Source of the DNA: Pseudobdellovibrionaceae bacterium
GTDB taxonomy: Bacteria > Bdellovibrionota > Bdellovibrionia > Bdellovibrionales > Bdellovibrionaceae
Assembly: GCA_031386315.1 (NCBI GenBank)
Contig: JANNCH010000609.1
Span: 1-28,532, forward strand
DNA: 28,532 bases
Direction of reading: 5' to 3'
Shown here: positions 25,145 through 28,532 of the stretch, piece by piece
How the letters are laid out: each line of letters starts with the position of its first letter
Numbering within the stretch: position 1 is the stretch's first letter
The notes under the pieces: generated by a model
The model's database searches: none
What the model saw: the letters and a program-made list of their open reading frames with translations, nothing else
What the model was told of the DNA's origin: nothing
Made by a program: the position numbers and the translations under genes

Positions 25145-25714
25145 GTGAAATTTAAAATACTGTGCGCAGTTTTACTTTCATTTTGCATTCAATCTGCTCA
25201 GGCCGAAATCAAAAATTCACAGAACCTATTGGGTGGCATGCTTACTCGAGCAGGTGTAAAAAATCAAAAGCCATTAAGCCAGCAAGAGCTTGTATCACTT
25301 TGTGAGCAAGGTTACACAAAGGCATTTTATTTGTATAGTGGTGCACCAACAACGCAGGTGTCTTGCTCGAAAGGCACTATTCGCTATCAAAGTTCTGGTA
25401 CATTTTTTAGCCCAGAAAACATTGATAAGACTCTTGATAACATCGAGAGCGGCATGCGCACTCGTGAAAAAACTTTCGTTCACTGTAATAATGGCGCTCA
25501 CGCCTCTGGCTTCGTAGCAGCTATCGCCCTTAGAACTTTCTGCGGTATTAGTGGCGACCAAGCCGTTAAATATTGGGATAAAACCTTAAAAGGCTATGAC
25601 CTTCAAGAGCCCAATCGCCCAAAGTTAATGAGCCGTATTCGCAACTATCAACCCCGTTCAAATCTCAAATTAAATGAAGGCCAAAGGTCAGCATTTGGTT
25701 GTTCAAATTTCTAA
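25145..25714 (+). CDS. Secreted protein-tyrosine-phosphatase-fold protein lacking the catalytic Arg
   Basis: Signal peptide and TFVHCNNGAHASG (CX5A instead of CX5R), followed by helix FVAAIALR. Confidence 0.75.
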   Translation: MKFKILCAVLLSFCIQSAQAEIKNSQNLLGGMLTRAGVKNQKPLSQQELVSLCEQGYTKAFYLYSGAPTTQVSCSKGTIRYQSSGTFFSPENIDKTLDNIESGMRTREKTFVHCNNGAHASGFVAAIALRTFCGISGDQAVKYWDKTLKGYDLQEPNRPKLMSRIRNYQPRSNLKLNEGQRSAFGCSNF

Positions 25715-25722
25715 ACATATAC

Positions 25723-25755
25723 ACCGAGAGCTTGCATTTACAGCTGGCTCTCGGT
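25723..25755 (+). terminator. Terminator-like hairpin
   Basis: ACCGAGAGC-N15-GCTCTCGGT just after the stop codon. Confidence 0.6.
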
Positions 25756-25798
25756 TCTAATATCCTCAGAGTGCTAGGCGCCCCAAGAGGACGCCCAC

Positions 25799-26096
25799 AT
25801 GAAAAAACTAATTCTGACCTGCGAACACGGTGGCACTAAAGTAGCTGCAATCTACAAAAAATTATTTAAAAAAAGAGTTCCCTAGTTTTAAAATTGCACG
25901 CAGCAATCCCTACAAAGACAGTGGCGAAGGCCTTACAACGTCTTTCAGAAATATCGCCAATGAAAAATCCTATGTCGGTATTGAACTTGAAATGAATCAG
26001 GCCTATTTAAAGTATTTGAGCACAGCACAACAACGACGTCTATTTTCAGAGGGACTCGGACGTTCGTTGAAGCAAGCCACAGATAATTTCATGTGA
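25799..26096 (+). pseudogene. N-formylglutamate amidohydrolase-family pseudogene with internal deletion
   Basis: MKKLILTCEHGG N-terminus ends at a stop after 29 aa. The C-terminal motif NPY....GLTT.FR......YVGIELEMNQ resumes near 25900. Confidence 0.6.
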
Positions 26097-26144
26097 CTAT
26101 GTTAAGCGAAAAATATAGTATTCAAACTTGTGAAAGAGGCATAC

Positions 26145-27059
26145 ATGAATACCATCGGTTTATCGGCTTTTCTTGGGCCACATTCTGCTGAAAACTTTCT
26201 GAACAGCTTTTGGGGTAAAAAACCTTTTGCAGTTCATGGTCTTAATCAAAAAATCACTCCCCTCAAAGATTTGCCTTTTCTTCAGTCTTTGGATGCTCTA
26301 CTCGCCCATTGGACCTCGCCCATTCAGGCTCATTTGCCTGATGTTTCGGATGAATCTAGCTCTATAGATACGAACACAAAAGATGCGCGCAAACTTTTCG
26401 ATAACAACATGGCTTTGCTTTTTAATAATGTGCAAAATATTTCGCCCGTCTTACAGAATTGGCTAGCAATACTCTGCCAGGATTTGGGCTTGCCGACTTC
26501 TACTCATTCAAGATGCATGGTCTACGCTACACCCGATGGCAAAGGCACAGCCGCTCATTTTGATCAGAATGTTAATTTTGTTTTGCAATTGCACGGTACA
26601 AAAAAATGGTGGCTTGCCCCGAACGAATCTGTAGACAATCCCACTCAAAGATTCACGATTGGCCAACCCATGGACCCCGAACTAGCAAGTTATACAGATG
26701 GTAAAATGCCATCAAAAATGCCTCAAGCCGGCTTACAAGAGGTCATACTCAAACCAGGTTCAATGCTTTTTGTACCCCGTGGATTTTGGCATAGCACAGA
26801 AGCCGAGGGTGAAGCTCTTGCACTTAACTTTACTTTCAGCCAACCCACCTGGGTAGACCTGTTCACATTGGCTCTGCGCAGCCGTCTATCATTATCCCCT
26901 GACTGGAGGGCCCTCGCTGACGGTGTGACCTCTGTGGACGCAAACAGAAGGCTAGCAGCTCAAAAGAAATTAGATGTCTTACTAGCTGATCTAGTGGAAG
27001 ACCTTCCCCACTGGCGTGCAGAAGATATTCTAGGCGCTACTGAGGGTGATTTTGAATAG
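26145..27059 (+). CDS. JmjC/cupin-4 2-oxoglutarate-Fe(II) oxygenase, RoxA/YcfD-like
   Basis: FL..FWGKKP, HFD, LQLHG.KKW, L.PG.MLFVPRGFWH facial triad. Likely start ATG 26145 (SD GAGG). Confidence 0.9.
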   Translation: MNTIGLSAFLGPHSAENFLNSFWGKKPFAVHGLNQKITPLKDLPFLQSLDALLAHWTSPIQAHLPDVSDESSSIDTNTKDARKLFDNNMALLFNNVQNISPVLQNWLAILCQDLGLPTSTHSRCMVYATPDGKGTAAHFDQNVNFVLQLHGTKKWWLAPNESVDNPTQRFTIGQPMDPELASYTDGKMPSKMPQAGLQEVILKPGSMLFVPRGFWHSTEAEGEALALNFTFSQPTWVDLFTLALRSRLSLSPDWRALADGVTSVDANRRLAAQKKLDVLLADLVEDLPHWRAEDILGATEGDFE

Positions 27060-27220
27060 CGTGAGTTTTCAAAAAGTCTGACATAGACATTCAGACCCCA
27101 ACCACTTCACCTGTAGAGTACTTTAATTTTCTGTAGCTACAAAGAAAGTTGCAGTTTGGCACGAAGGGTTGCTATAAATAGAGCCTGTCTATTTATGAGC
27201 AAACAACTACAGGAGAATCT

Positions 27221-27598
27221 ATGAAAATCGTCTTAATAAGCTTAGTTAGTTTTTTTGCATCACTTGCAGTGGCTCAACTGCCAGATGCAACAGCTCTGAA
27301 AGCTAAAGCAAACACTGCGATCGACAATGGTGCGCAAGAAACACAAAATGCCAAAGCTGATGTTACAAAAGCCGTAGAGGCTGAAAAAACAAAAGCCAAA
27401 GCAATTAAACAAAATGCTTTGGTTAATTTGAACACAGCTAGCGCCGATGACTTAGCAAAACTACCAGGCGTTGGCCCGACACACGCTAAGGCTATTATTG
27501 ATGCACGTCCTTATAATGATGTTTCTGACTTGAAAAAAGTTAAGGGCATCAAAGAAGAGGCTGTGGCAAAATTAAAGGGTCTTGTGACAGTAAAATAG
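27221..27598 (+). CDS. ComEA-like helix-hairpin-helix DNA-binding protein, exported
   Basis: Signal peptide, Ala/Lys-rich linker and VNLNTAS.DDL.KLPGVGP..AKAII..RPY....DL.KVKGI. Confidence 0.92.
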   Translation: MKIVLISLVSFFASLAVAQLPDATALKAKANTAIDNGAQETQNAKADVTKAVEAEKTKAKAIKQNALVNLNTASADDLAKLPGVGPTHAKAIIDARPYNDVSDLKKVKGIKEEAVAKLKGLVTVK

Positions 27599-27606
27599 TC
27601 CTTGCA

Positions 27607-27648
27607 TTGTATTTTGGCCTGTTAGCTATCCTACAGGCTAAAATACAA
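27607..27648. terminator. 16-bp hairpin, probable terminator
   Basis: TTGTATTTTGGCCTGT-N10-ACAGGCTAAAATACAA with one G-T pair. Confidence 0.6.
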
Positions 27649-27752
27649 CACCAAAACCTTGAAGAAATTGCATACTTGCAGCCATTTAGACGGAAGGGTG
27701 GAGTTCTCAAACCAGCTGTGCTAAGTGTTGGACTTCTAACCAGGAAGTAGCC

Positions 27753-28010
27753 ATGCAAGAATTCATCCCCCCACGTCCACCTAAATCTTACCGCATCGTT
27801 TTAGAACTCAGTAGATCTGAAAAACGATTGGATACAGTACTTCTTGCTGCGATCAAATTGTGCAACGACAATTTGAATTTACGCGAAATCACACGCACAA
27901 AATACAAAGAATTATTCAACAACGGACAGATTATCATCAAGGGTCAAAGAGCCACTCCATCTTCCGCTGTTGCCAAGGGTACTACTTACGTAGACATTCT
28001 AAAATACTAA
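27753..28010 (+). CDS. Stand-alone S4-like RNA-binding domain protein
   Basis: RLD.VL.........ITRT..KELF..GQI.IKG..A.PS..V..G pattern matches the S4 fold; SD AGGAAG. Confidence 0.65.
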   Translation: MQEFIPPRPPKSYRIVLELSRSEKRLDTVLLAAIKLCNDNLNLREITRTKYKELFNNGQIIIKGQRATPSSAVAKGTTYVDILKY

Positions 28011-28037
28011 AGAATTTTTAGCGCACAGATAAGGCCA

Positions 28038-28532
28038 CTAGATATATACTGAAGGTTCTGCCTGTTGAGCTGCTTTCTGATTTTTAACTGCCAAAGCAAG
28101 TTCCCATTGCAAAGCCGAGCGACAAATAAGCTCTAAATCATTACGCTTTGGAGTCCATTGAAAAAGATTGCGGATACGACTCGCGCCAGCCACTAACTGC
28201 TCAGAATCACCTTTGCGGCGTCCAGAGGTAACAACTTTAAAATCATAACCGCTTATCTTTTTCATCACACTGAGTACATTCAAAACAGAAAATCCCTGAC
28301 CATATCCACAATTTAAAATTGAAGACTCACCACCACTTAGAAGATGCTTCACTGACATCACATGTAGATCCGCCAAGTCTTCAACATGGATGAAATCACG
28401 AATACACGTACCATCTGCAGTACTATAATCAGTTCCAAAAATTTCGATTTGCGATCTAATTTTTGCAACTACCTCAGAGGCTACCTTAATTAGATGAGTT
28501 CCATTTTTTGTGCGCTGCCCATTCAAACCATT
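28038..28532 (-). CDS. galE: UDP-glucose 4-epimerase, C-terminal part (gene runs off the window)
   Basis: IFGTDY.TADGTCIRDFIHVEDLA..H, NCGYG.G.SV, RR.GD...LVA and W.P motifs. Confidence 0.93.
   Translation of the reverse strand, partial: NGLNGQRTKNGTHLIKVASEVVAKIRSQIEIFGTDYSTADGTCIRDFIHVEDLADLHVMSVKHLLSGGESSILNCGYGQGFSVLNVLSVMKKISGYDFKVVTSGRRKGDSEQLVAGASRIRNLFQWTPKRNDLELICRSALQWELALAVKNQKAAQQAEPSVYI

Noticed and set aside
27157-27173. sigma54-like TGGCACG...TTGCT upstream of the ComEA-like gene
   Set aside because: The GG-to-GC offset is 13 rather than the strict 12.
27221-27598. Competence locus
   Set aside because: Only a lone ComEA-like HhH protein is present; no comEC or other uptake genes lie in the window.
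1-28532. CRISPR array or cas genes
   Set aside because: No regularly spaced direct repeats and no Cas motifs were seen.

Overview
A 28.5 kb gene-dense window from a bacterium that looks like a member of Bdellovibrionota. This is inferred from gene content and from the secreted and pilin-like proteins, not proven. The left part is housekeeping: a partial Cys-rich secreted protein (missing from the ORF track), sua5, a tesA-ybbA-ybbP-like esterase/ABC unit, an RRM RNA-binding protein, yajQ and slyD. Divergent from these, a near-consensus sigma70 promoter drives a ~200-nt highly base-paired unannotated RNA-like element. That element is followed by an HNH nuclease, a GNAT acetyltransferase, a second long palindrome, a divergent adenosine-deaminase-like enzyme and an AmpG-type permease. 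The middle holds a prepilin-type protein with a Cys-rich partner, a sigma54-type operon of envelope proteins, a convergent lipoprotein and tRNA-Ser(GGA). After the tRNA is a decayed accessory island (Panacea-like fragment, transposase remnant, lipoprotein). The right part holds doxX, a DEAD-box helicase, an Arg-less PTP-like protein, an amidohydrolase pseudogene, a JmjC oxygenase, a ComEA-like protein, a stand-alone S4-like protein and a partial galE. The most interesting signal is the structured element at 7894-8094 and the palindrome-bracketed HNH-GNAT pair. No CRISPR array or rRNA was seen. All family calls come from motif recognition, not database searches.
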